Source: Candidatus Eiseniibacteriota bacterium (GTDB lineage: Bacteria > Eisenbacteria > RBG-16-71-46 > JABDJR01). Taken from it: 64,000 nt of DNA. A program made the position numbers and the translations under genes. Positions 51,391 to 59,988 of the stretch are shown one piece after another (the first letter of the stretch is position 1; every line of letters starts with the position of its first letter). A model generated the notes under the pieces. That model was not told the origin of the DNA, did no database searches, and saw nothing but the letters and a program-made list of their open reading frames with translations. Location: the NCBI GenBank assembly GCA_963783375.1, contig CAWANH010000028.1, positions 1,504,001 through 1,568,000 on the forward strand, in the 5' to 3' direction.

Positions 51391-53034
51391 TCAATCGAAT
51401 ATTATAACACTGAAACTCACATCCGGACCTCGGGGCCCCGGCCCCGAGGTCATTTCCCGACCACGTTCCCCCTCTCCCTTCACGCCCCCCTCCAGCAGGA
51501 GGGACATGGGAAGGCAGGCCAGGAAGAGAAGCGCGATCAGGTAGAACGCGTGGTTGTAGGCCAGGATCGAGGCCTGCCGGGTCACGCTCAGGTCCAGGAG
51601 CCGGAGCGCCCCCAGCCGGGCCGAGGAGGGATCCATGCCGCGGGAGGCCAGGGCGCCGGAGACGGACCGGATCCAGGCCATGGCGGTGTCGTTGTAGGGG
51701 GTCAGGTTCCGGGACAGCACCTGGTGGTAGGCGGTGGTGCGGCCGGTGATCACGGTGGCGGCGAGGGCGATTCCCACGCTCCCGAAGACCTGGCGGACCA
51801 CGTTGTAGAGCCCCGCGGCCTCGGTCATGTTCGGCTTGGCGATGGGGGCGAGCGCGGCGGTGCTCAACGCCACGAAGATGAGCCCGAACCCGACCCCCTG
51901 CCACACCTGGGGCAGGACGAGGCTCCAGGGCGAGGTGGTGGGGGCGAGCATGCCCAGTTGCCAGAAGGACCAGGCGCTCACCACCAGCCCCGATCCCACC
52001 AGGAGGCGCGGCCCCACGCGGTTGTAGAGCCGGCCGGAGATCGGCATCACCACCGCCATGGCCAGGCTCCGCGGCATGAGCGCGAGCCCGGAGTTGTAGG
52101 CGGGATACCCCAGGATCTGTTCGAGGAAGAGGGGGAGGATGAAGAGGCTTCCGTAGAGCCCCATCCCCAGCACCCCGCCGATCGCGGTGGCCGAGGTGAA
52201 GGGGAGGTTCTTGAGCAGCCGGATGTTGACCGCGGGGTTGGAGACCTTGAGTTCCCTCCAGACGAAGAACAGGAGTCCCGCCGCCGCGATCAGGGTGAGG
52301 TAGACGATGGTGGCGGAGGCGAACCAGCTCTTCTCCTGGCCCTTCTCGAGCATGAGCTGAAGCGAGCCCAGGCCCACCATGAGGAGGGAAACTCCGAGGA
52401 CGTCGATGACCCCGTGGCGGCGCGCCATGTAGGGCGGGTCGTGGATGTAGCGGGAGACCAGCATGAGGTTCACCACCCCGATGGGTACGTTCACGTAGAA
52501 CACCCAGGGCCAGGAGTAGGTGTCGGTGAGCCAGCCGCCCAGGGTGGGGCCGAATGCCGGGGCCAGGACCACCCCGAGGCCGTAGAGCCCCATGGCCATC
52601 CCCTGCTCCTCGGCCGGGAAGCTCTCCCGCAGGACGGCCTGGGAGATGGGGATGATCGCCCCGCCCCCCGCGCCCTGGATGATCCGGAAGATCACCATGG
52701 ACGGCAGGTTCCAGGCCATGCCCGCGAGCATGGAGGCGACGGTGAACACCCCCACGCTCATCATGTAGAGCCGCTTCCGTCCGATGCGGAGGGAGAGGAA
52801 CCCGATGAGGGGCATGATCACGACGTTGGCCAGGATGTAGCCGGTGGCCACCCAGGTGATCTGGGAGACGGTGGCCCCGAGGCTCCCCTGCATGTGGGGG
52901 AGCGCCACGTTCACGATGCTCGAGTCCAGGACCGCCATGATCGTCCCGGTGAGCATCGTGCCCGCCACCACCCACTTGTTGACGTCGGGGACGGCGGGCG
53001 AACCGGCCCTCAGAGCGGCGGATTCAGCTCCCAT
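51391..53034 (-). CDS. emrB: DHA2 (EmrB/QacA) MFS efflux permease
   Basis: LDSSIVNVALP, RIIQGAGGG, GPTLGGWL and WPWVFYVNVPIG motifs. Confidence 0.92.
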   Translation of the reverse strand: MGAESAALRAGSPAVPDVNKWVVAGTMLTGTIMAVLDSSIVNVALPHMQGSLGATVSQITWVATGYILANVVIMPLIGFLSLRIGRKRLYMMSVGVFTVASMLAGMAWNLPSMVIFRIIQGAGGGAIIPISQAVLRESFPAEEQGMAMGLYGLGVVLAPAFGPTLGGWLTDTYSWPWVFYVNVPIGVVNLMLVSRYIHDPPYMARRHGVIDVLGVSLLMVGLGSLQLMLEKGQEKSWFASATIVYLTLIAAAGLLFFVWRELKVSNPAVNIRLLKNLPFTSATAIGGVLGMGLYGSLFILPLFLEQILGYPAYNSGLALMPRSLAMAVVMPISGRLYNRVGPRLLVGSGLVVSAWSFWQLGMLAPTTSPWSLVLPQVWQGVGFGLIFVALSTAALAPIAKPNMTEAAGLYNVVRQVFGSVGIALAATVITGRTTAYHQVLSRNLTPYNDTAMAWIRSVSGALASRGMDPSSARLGALRLLDLSVTRQASILAYNHAFYLIALLFLACLPMSLLLEGGVKGEGERGREMTSGPGPRGPDVSFSVIIFD

Positions 53035-54121
53035 GACCGGCGGCCGAGGCCTCGGAAGAGGCGGACACGTCCACGTGGACGGTCACCGAAAGCCCGGGCC
53101 AGAGAGGGTGCGCCGGATCCGCCGATCCGGTGAACGCGATCCGCACCGGCACCCGCTGGGTGGTCTTGATGAAGTTTCCGGTGGCGTTGTCGGGCGGGAG
53201 GAGGCTCAGGACCGCCCCCGTCGCCGGCTCGAAGCTCTCGACCCGCCCCCGGAAGGTGGTTCCGGGGTAGGCGTCCACATCGAGGGTGGCCGGCATTCCC
53301 ACCCGGATCTTCCGGACCTGGGTCTCCTTGAAGTTGGCGGTCACCCAGACGGTGTCGGCATCCACCAGGGCGAGGAGCGGCTGGCCCACGGAGACGTACT
53401 TCCCCGGGTCCACGTTTCGCACCGCCACCGTGCCGGAGAAGGGAGCCTGGACCGTGGTCCGCCCCAGGTTCCGCCGGGCGGTCTCGAGGGCGACCTCGGC
53501 CGAAGTCGCCGCGCTACGCCGGACCTCGAGATCGGCCCGCCGGCTCTCGAGGTCGGCCTCCGCCGCCTCCAGCTCCGCCTGCGCCGCCTCCTCCCGGGCC
53601 TGGTCCAGCTTCCAGGTCGTCTCGGCGTCGTCGTACCGGCTCTGGGACACCGCCCCCCCGGCCAGGAGGTCGGCGTAGCGATCCTTCTCCTTGGCCGCCA
53701 GGGCGGTCTGGGCCCGGGCGGAACGGAGCTGGGCCCGATCGGCGGCGATGGTCTTCCGGCCCTCTTCGATCCGCGCCGAGTCGGCGACCGCCTCCGCCCG
53801 GGCCTCGCTCAGGGCGGCCGCCTTCGCCGCCACCACGCTCCGGTAATCCTCGGGGGCGATCTCGACCAGAGGCTGGCCGCCGACGACGCGCTGGTGGCTC
53901 GACACCAGGACCCGGAGCGCGGTCCCCGAGACCTCGGCGCTCACCGGGACGATCGTTCCCGCGACGTAGGCGTCGTCGGTGGTCTCGTGGGAGAAGCCGA
54001 AGAGGATCCGGGGGAGGAAGCCCGCGGCCAGGGCAACGAGGATCACGCCGCCGATGAGGCCTCGGACGAGCCAGCGATTGGATCTGAGGGCGGCCAGGCG
54101 GCCGGTATCGGTATTCGCCAT
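53024..54121 (-). CDS. emrA: HlyD/EmrA periplasmic adaptor
   Basis: TDDAYV, WVTANFKETQ and PPDNATGNFIK..QRVPVRI motifs. Confidence 0.92.
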   Translation of the reverse strand: MANTDTGRLAALRSNRWLVRGLIGGVILVALAAGFLPRILFGFSHETTDDAYVAGTIVPVSAEVSGTALRVLVSSHQRVVGGQPLVEIAPEDYRSVVAAKAAALSEARAEAVADSARIEEGRKTIAADRAQLRSARAQTALAAKEKDRYADLLAGGAVSQSRYDDAETTWKLDQAREEAAQAELEAAEADLESRRADLEVRRSAATSAEVALETARRNLGRTTVQAPFSGTVAVRNVDPGKYVSVGQPLLALVDADTVWVTANFKETQVRKIRVGMPATLDVDAYPGTTFRGRVESFEPATGAVLSLLPPDNATGNFIKTTQRVPVRIAFTGSADPAHPLWPGLSVTVHVDVSASSEASAAGHGS

Positions 54122-54136
54122 GAAATTCCGCTCCCG

Positions 54137-54622
54137 CTAGGGTTCGGGTCGAACCGGGGCCCCGCGCCCTCCCCGCCAGTCCGCGACCACCGATTCCAGG
54201 CGGTCGATCAGGATGTCGTAGAAGCGCTTCATCTCTTCCAGGCGCTCCCGCGCCGGGGACGGGCCCTCGGGGAGCGCGTCCAGGGCCTCCGTCACCACCT
54301 CGCGCGTCCGTCGCCGCCGGGCCAGGCGCCCGGTCACCAGATGATCGAAGGGATCGGCGGTCAGGCGGTAGCGGGCCTTCCGCTCGCCGGGACGGGTGGT
54401 CCGCTCCAGAACCCCGCGGGACTCCAGGAACCGGGTGTTGGCGCTCACGCCGCCCCGGCTCACGCCGAGGTCGCGGACGATCTCGTCGAAGGTCACCGGC
54501 TCCCCGGCCAGGACGAGGTAGGCCATCAACCGCCCCGCGGTGCGGGGGAGGCCTTCCGCTTCGGTGGTGAGGCCGAGATTTTCGATGAATCGGGACGCGG
54601 CGGGAGCGACTCGGGTCGGCAT
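54137..54622 (-). CDS. GbsR/MarR family transcriptional regulator
   Basis: GLPRTAGRLMAYL, LGVSRGGVS, PGERK winged HTH. Confidence 0.88.
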   Translation of the reverse strand: MPTRVAPAASRFIENLGLTTEAEGLPRTAGRLMAYLVLAGEPVTFDEIVRDLGVSRGGVSANTRFLESRGVLERTTRPGERKARYRLTADPFDHLVTGRLARRRRTREVVTEALDALPEGPSPARERLEEMKRFYDILIDRLESVVADWRGGRGAPVRPEP

Positions 54623-54634
54623 CGGACGGCTCCT

Positions 54635-54667
54635 TTTGTTCAGTCTGTTCAGAACATACTGAACAAA
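54635..54667. promoter_or_regulatory. Probable operator of the GbsR/MarR regulator
   Basis: TTTGTTCAGTCTGTTC-A-GAACATACTGAACAAA, 16-bp arms with one mismatch, abutting the RBS. Confidence 0.75.
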
Positions 54668-54926
54668 TACCGACCGGATTCCAAGTCATTTGATGGTTGG
54701 AAGTTGACCGACCCCCGCCACCGGGAGGGAATGCCGGGCCCCTCGGCCGGGGAGGCCCCCCTCTACATTCCTTGAAGCCCGGCGGGTCCATCCGGTATAC
54801 TTCTTCGGTTTCCCAAGCCCTTGTCTTTCGGGAAGTTGACCGCGGATCCGGTCGTCGATCGAACCCCATAGCCCCCGCCGGGGCCTCGGCGCCCCGAGCC
54901 CGGCGTGCCTCCGGAAAGCACCACCC

Positions 54927-55901
54927 ATGTTTCGAGGACCCCTCTTCATCGTCGGCGCGCCGCGCTCGGGCACCAAGCTGCTGCTCAAGCTGGTGGGCCA
55001 GCACCCCCGGGCCGCGATGCCCGGGGGCGAGACCGAGTTCCTTCCCTACGTGGCCCGGCGGTGGGACCGCTTCGGTGATCTATCCGACCGCGAGACCTTC
55101 CGGGCCTTCGCGAAGTGGATGAGCCGGTTCATCTATTTCAGGGACCGGGCCCGCTGGAAGCGGCCGATGCTCGGCCCCGACGCGTGGCACGAAGCCTGCC
55201 GTGACTACACTCCGGCCGGGGTGTTCGAGGCCCTGGTCCGCCACGACAACGACGTCCCCCTCGAGTCTGATCGCATCTGGGGGGACAAGTCGCCGACCTA
55301 CATGGTCTCCCTGGATCTCCTTCACGAGCTCTTTCCCGAGGGGCGCTTCCTCCACATCATTCGCGATGTTCGCGACGTGGCCCTTTCCGCACGGGAGACG
55401 TGGGGGAAGAACATGCTCAGGACCGCCCAGCGCTGGGTGGACGACGTCGAGCGGTGCCGGGCCCAGGGGCGGGCGCTGGGCGACGCCTATCTGGAGATCC
55501 GGTTCGAGGACCTGATCGCCGACCCCGAGGCGGTGATGCGGCGGGTGTCCGAGTTCATGGAGGTGCCCTTCGACCCGGCCATGACCGCCCCCGCCCGCCC
55601 CACCGAGTTCGTCGGATCGGCCAAGGGACAGGCCCGGATCGTGAAATCGGCGCGGGAGCGCTGGGTCGCCCAGATGCCCGAGAAGACCCGGAGGCGGATC
55701 GAGAGCCTGGCCGGGCCCTTGCTCGAGGATCTCGGCTACCCGCTCCCCGACGGTCGGAGGAACCTGAAGCGCCTCTCCCGCCCTCATCTCCTGGCGCTCC
55801 AGGCCATGGACGGGGCCCACATCTGGGGAAGCCGGCTCCGGTCCTGGGGGGTTCGGGACGTGGTCCGCTACGGCTATCGCACATTCATCGCGCCCCGTTG
55901 A
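54927..55901 (+). CDS. PAPS-dependent sulfotransferase
   Basis: GAPRSGT 5'-PSB loop, WGDKSP, IIRDVRDVALS, RFEDL..DP. Confidence 0.93.
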   Translation: MFRGPLFIVGAPRSGTKLLLKLVGQHPRAAMPGGETEFLPYVARRWDRFGDLSDRETFRAFAKWMSRFIYFRDRARWKRPMLGPDAWHEACRDYTPAGVFEALVRHDNDVPLESDRIWGDKSPTYMVSLDLLHELFPEGRFLHIIRDVRDVALSARETWGKNMLRTAQRWVDDVERCRAQGRALGDAYLEIRFEDLIADPEAVMRRVSEFMEVPFDPAMTAPARPTEFVGSAKGQARIVKSARERWVAQMPEKTRRRIESLAGPLLEDLGYPLPDGRRNLKRLSRPHLLALQAMDGAHIWGSRLRSWGVRDVVRYGYRTFIAPR

Positions 55902-55974
55902 CCCGGGGACACCGCTCACCGCAGCGAACGCCGGAGGCCGCGAGCCCCGGGCGTTCCCAGGAAGGGGAATCAGA

Positions 55975-57723
55975 GTGCCGCATCGACTGATCGAACCGCA
56001 CGGGGGGATCCTCGTCGATCCCATGATCGGCGCCGACCGCGCCGCCGAGCTGAAGGAACAATCCCGGGACTGGCCGAGCTGGGACCTCTCCCCTCGACAG
56101 ATCTGTGACCTCGAGCTCATCCTCTCGGGGGGGTTCTCGCCCCTGGCTGGATTCATGAACCGGGCCGACTACGACGCGGTCTGCGAGGGCATGCGGCTGG
56201 CCGACGGGACGCTCTGGCCGATCCCCATCACCCTCGACGTAACCGAGGAGGCGGCGAAAGGACTGGGGGAGGGCTCGGTTCTGGCGCTTCGCGATCCCGA
56301 GGGGGTCATGCTCGCCGCGCTCCACGTGGACGAGGTGTGGCGGCCCGACCGTGAAGCCGAGGCGAATAAGGTCTACGGCACCGCCGATTCCGCGCACCCG
56401 GCCGTGGCCGATCTCCTCCGTCCCGCACGCCCGGTCTACGTGGGGGGGCGGGTCGAGGGGATCCAGTCGCCGGCCCACTTCGACTTCAGCGACCTCCGCA
56501 TGACCCCCCGCCGGCTCCGCGAGGAGTTCGAGCGGCTGGGCTGGAGGAAGATCGTGGCCTTCCAGACCCGGAATCCCATGCACCGCGCCCACCAGGAGAT
56601 CACCCTGCGGGCGGCCCTGGAGCACCGGGCCAACCTGCTCGTCCATCCGGTGGTGGGGATGACCAAGCCGGGCGACGTGGACCACTACACCCGGGTCCGC
56701 TGCTACCAGGCCATCCTCGACCGGTACCCCCGCGAGACCGCCATGCTCTCGCTCCTTCCCCTGGCCATGCGGATGGCCGGACCCCGGTCGGCGCTCTGGC
56801 ACGCCATCATCCGGAAGAACCACGGCTGCACCCATCTCATCGTGGGCCGCGACCACGCCGGTCCGGGGAACGACTCCACGGGGAAGCCTTTCTACGGCCC
56901 CTACGACGCCCAGGAACTCTTGAGCCGGCACGAGGAGGAGCTGGGGGTGACCATGGTCCCCTTCCGGATGATGGTGTACGTGGAGGATCTCGACGCCTAC
57001 CAGCCCGCGGACCAGGTGGCGGAAGGCTCGCGGGTGCTCAACATCTCGGGCACCGAACTCCGCGACCGGCTGGCCCAGGGGCGGGACATCCCAGAGTGGT
57101 TCAGCTTTCCCGAGGTGGCGCGGGAGCTCCAGCGGAGCCATCCGCCCCGCCATGCCCAGGGATTCACCGTGTTCTTCACCGGGCTTTCGGGGGCGGGAAA
57201 GTCCACCGTGGCCAACGTGCTCATGGTGAAGTTCCTGGAGATGGGGGGCCGACCGGTCACCCTTCTCGACGGGGACATCGTGCGCACGAACCTCTCCTCG
57301 GAGCTCGGTTTCTCCAAGGAGCACCGGGACATCAACATCCGCCGGATCGGCTTCGTGGCCTCGGAGATCACCAAGAACGGTGGGATCGCCATCTGTGCCC
57401 CCATCGCCCCCTACGACGCGGTGCGGAAGGAGGTGCGCGGGACGGTGAGCCCCGGCGGCGGTTTCGTGCTGGTCCACGTGTCCACCTCTCTCGAGGTGTG
57501 CGAGAGCCGCGACCGCAAGGGCCTCTACGCCAAGGCCCGGGCGGGGATCATCAAGGAGTTCACCGGCATCTCCGACCCCTACGAGGCGCCCGACGACGCC
57601 GAGGTGATTCTCGACACCGCCGAGCTCTCCCCCGAGGAGGCCGCCCACGAGGTGCTTCTCCACCTCGAGCGCGAGGGGTACATCGGGGCCGCATCCGGCG
57701 ATCCCGTCCGGGACCCGGCTTGA
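55975..57723 (+). CDS. sat/cysC: Bifunctional sulfate adenylyltransferase / adenylylsulfate kinase
   Basis: GGFSPL, FQTRNPMHRAH, VGRDHAG; GLSGAGKST, LDGD, DRKGLY, FTGISDPYE. Confidence 0.96.
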   Translation: MPHRLIEPHGGILVDPMIGADRAAELKEQSRDWPSWDLSPRQICDLELILSGGFSPLAGFMNRADYDAVCEGMRLADGTLWPIPITLDVTEEAAKGLGEGSVLALRDPEGVMLAALHVDEVWRPDREAEANKVYGTADSAHPAVADLLRPARPVYVGGRVEGIQSPAHFDFSDLRMTPRRLREEFERLGWRKIVAFQTRNPMHRAHQEITLRAALEHRANLLVHPVVGMTKPGDVDHYTRVRCYQAILDRYPRETAMLSLLPLAMRMAGPRSALWHAIIRKNHGCTHLIVGRDHAGPGNDSTGKPFYGPYDAQELLSRHEEELGVTMVPFRMMVYVEDLDAYQPADQVAEGSRVLNISGTELRDRLAQGRDIPEWFSFPEVARELQRSHPPRHAQGFTVFFTGLSGAGKSTVANVLMVKFLEMGGRPVTLLDGDIVRTNLSSELGFSKEHRDINIRRIGFVASEITKNGGIAICAPIAPYDAVRKEVRGTVSPGGGFVLVHVSTSLEVCESRDRKGLYAKARAGIIKEFTGISDPYEAPDDAEVILDTAELSPEEAAHEVLLHLEREGYIGAASGDPVRDPA

Positions 57724-58532
57724 GCGCGAGGGCCCGGCGCGACGATCTCGATCGGATCCGCGACGCTCTCGAGACGGCGCGGCGCGTGCTGGCCGGTCTG
57801 GGGGGGGAAACCGATCCGGTGGCGATGAAGGAGCGGGGCGATCCCCTGACCGCGGCGGACCTGGCGGTGGATGAGGCCCTGAAGGGACTTCTCCCGCGCG
57901 ACGGCGAGGGCTGGCTCTCCGAGGAGACCGCGGACGACCCCGGCCGTCTTCGCGCCCGCCGGGTCTGGGTGGTGGACCCGGTGGACGGGACCCGGGAGTT
58001 CGTCCAGGGAATACCCGAGTGGTGCGTCTCGGTGGGTCTGGTGGAGGACGGGGAAGCGGTGGCCGGGGGGATCCTGAACCCGGTCGCCGATCAGCTCATC
58101 CTGGGGTCGCTGGATACGGGGGTCACGGTGAACGGAGAACCCGCGCCCCGGCGGAACCGTCCCGAGGCCCCGCCACCCACGGTGCTGGCCAGCCGGAGCG
58201 AGGTCCGGCGGGGGGAGTGGGAGCGCTTCGCCGACGCCTGGTTCACGGTGAAGCCGATGGGCTCGGTGGCCTACAAGCTGGGGCTGGTGGCGGCCGGCCT
58301 GGCCGATGCGACCTGGACCCTGGTGCCCAAGCACGAGTGGGACGTCGCGGCGGGGACGGCCCTGGTTCGGGCCGCGGGGGGGGTGGTTCGGGTGCGCGAC
58401 GGCTCGATACCCCGTTTCAACCGGGAGCGCCCGAAGCTCGACGGGCTCATGGCGGTGGGCGACCCGGCCCTCCTGGAGCGGGTGATCCGGATCCTGGACG
58501 GTTTCGGCCGGCCTCCGGACGGTTTAGAGTAG
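57720..58532 (+). CDS. cysQ: 3'(2'),5'-bisphosphate nucleotidase
   Basis: TAAD, SEE, DPVDGTREF, ASRS, GSVAYK, EWDVAAG; follows sat/cysC. Confidence 0.88.
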   Translation: MSARARRDDLDRIRDALETARRVLAGLGGETDPVAMKERGDPLTAADLAVDEALKGLLPRDGEGWLSEETADDPGRLRARRVWVVDPVDGTREFVQGIPEWCVSVGLVEDGEAVAGGILNPVADQLILGSLDTGVTVNGEPAPRRNRPEAPPPTVLASRSEVRRGEWERFADAWFTVKPMGSVAYKLGLVAAGLADATWTLVPKHEWDVAAGTALVRAAGGVVRVRDGSIPRFNRERPKLDGLMAVGDPALLERVIRILDGFGRPPDGLE

Positions 58533-58539
58533 CCCTCCG

Positions 58540-59871
58540 ATGAGCACCAACCCGGCCGGACGTCTCCCCATTCGCACTGCCCTGATCGTGTTTCTCCTCG
58601 CCCTGGTCGTGCGGATCCTGTTCGTCCACTTCGTGTTCAAGAACCAGTTCTACTTCAGCGACGAGCGGAACTACTTCCTCCAGGCGGACGAGGTGGCCGG
58701 GGGCCGGTGGCTGGGCACCAACACCCTCACTCCGCCCGGGCCTCTCTACTTCATTGCGGCGGGACGCGCCCTGGGCCTGGACATCGCCGGCCTTCGGGTC
58801 GTGCAGGCGGTCCTGGGCGCCGCCGCCGCCGGTCTCACCGTCCTCCTGGGGACGGTGCTTTTGGGACCGCTGGTGGGTCTCCTCGCCGGCCTCGGGGTGG
58901 CGATCTATCCGTACCTGGCGTACCTGGCCGGCGTGTTCTACACCCAGAACGTGGTCATCCCCCTCCTGCTCTTCCTGCTCCTGGCGCTCTACCGGCGTCA
59001 GGCCGGCTCCGGTCGCGGCTGGGTGGCCGCCGGCGGGGTGGCCCTGGGCTTGGGGGGCATCTTCATGGTCCCCCTCTTTCTCACCGCGCCGTTCCTGGCG
59101 GTGTGGCACGGGCTCCGGGTCCGCCCCCTCCGCCGGGGGTTCGTGGACGTGGTGGTCCTCACCGCGGTGACCGTGCTCATGCTGGTTCCGGTCACGCTCC
59201 GGAACTACGCGCTGGACCACCGGTTCGTCTTTGTGAGCTCGATGGGGGCGTCCTCGTTCTACGGCTCCAACAACCCCGAGATCGATGCCCGGAGCCGCGA
59301 CGCCGAGCAGTGGATCGAGATCAACAAGGTCGAGGTGAAGGAAGAGCAGAAACGGATGGGATGGTCCGACGCGGAGCTCGACTCCGCGCTGACCGCACGG
59401 GCCTGGTCCTACATCCGCACCCAGCCCGGGCGGGCGCTCCGGATGTATCTCCTCCGGGTGGAGAACATGTGGGCGTTCAAGCCGCACCCCTGGACCTCGA
59501 ACGCGCACACCGGGAGCCGGCAGTTTCTGGTCGCCGCCCTCACCTCGGGTCCGACCATCGTCCTGGCTCTGGTGGGGATGCTGGTCTTCCTCCGCTTCTT
59601 CGGAAGGCTCTTTGCCCTCTACGCGGTGCCGGCGGTGCTCACCCTGGGCTTCTCCCTGTTCAACACCACCGTCCGCTACCGGCTCACCTTCGAGCCGCTG
59701 CTCCTGATCTTCGCCGCGGGGCTGTTGGTGTGGGTGTTCGCGCGGGGGCGCCTCGGCGGCCTCGTGAACCCGGCCCCGGTGCGTGCCCGCGCCGAGGCTC
59801 CGGCCCCCGCCCCCCATCTCCCCCCGCCGCCTCCGCCCTTCCGCCCCCACGAGCGGAAGCCCAAGCGCTGA
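58540..59871 (+). CDS. GT-C fold (ArnT/GT39-like) glycosyltransferase
   Basis: SDE..Y first-loop motif, PPG, multiple TM helices, RNY and RYR motifs. Confidence 0.8.
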   Translation: MSTNPAGRLPIRTALIVFLLALVVRILFVHFVFKNQFYFSDERNYFLQADEVAGGRWLGTNTLTPPGPLYFIAAGRALGLDIAGLRVVQAVLGAAAAGLTVLLGTVLLGPLVGLLAGLGVAIYPYLAYLAGVFYTQNVVIPLLLFLLLALYRRQAGSGRGWVAAGGVALGLGGIFMVPLFLTAPFLAVWHGLRVRPLRRGFVDVVVLTAVTVLMLVPVTLRNYALDHRFVFVSSMGASSFYGSNNPEIDARSRDAEQWIEINKVEVKEEQKRMGWSDAELDSALTARAWSYIRTQPGRALRMYLLRVENMWAFKPHPWTSNAHTGSRQFLVAALTSGPTIVLALVGMLVFLRFFGRLFALYAVPAVLTLGFSLFNTTVRYRLTFEPLLLIFAAGLLVWVFARGRLGGLVNPAPVRARAEAPAPAPHLPPPPPPFRPHERKPKR

Positions 59872-59988
59872 GCCCCGGCGCCGTCCGGCACCGGGGCCCG
59901 CAGGTCTTGCGTCGGTTGCCGGCGGAAGGCCAGGGCCGCCGGCGGGACTCGGCTGAAGGAGGCCGATGCCTCCCCCGGCCGGCCGCGG

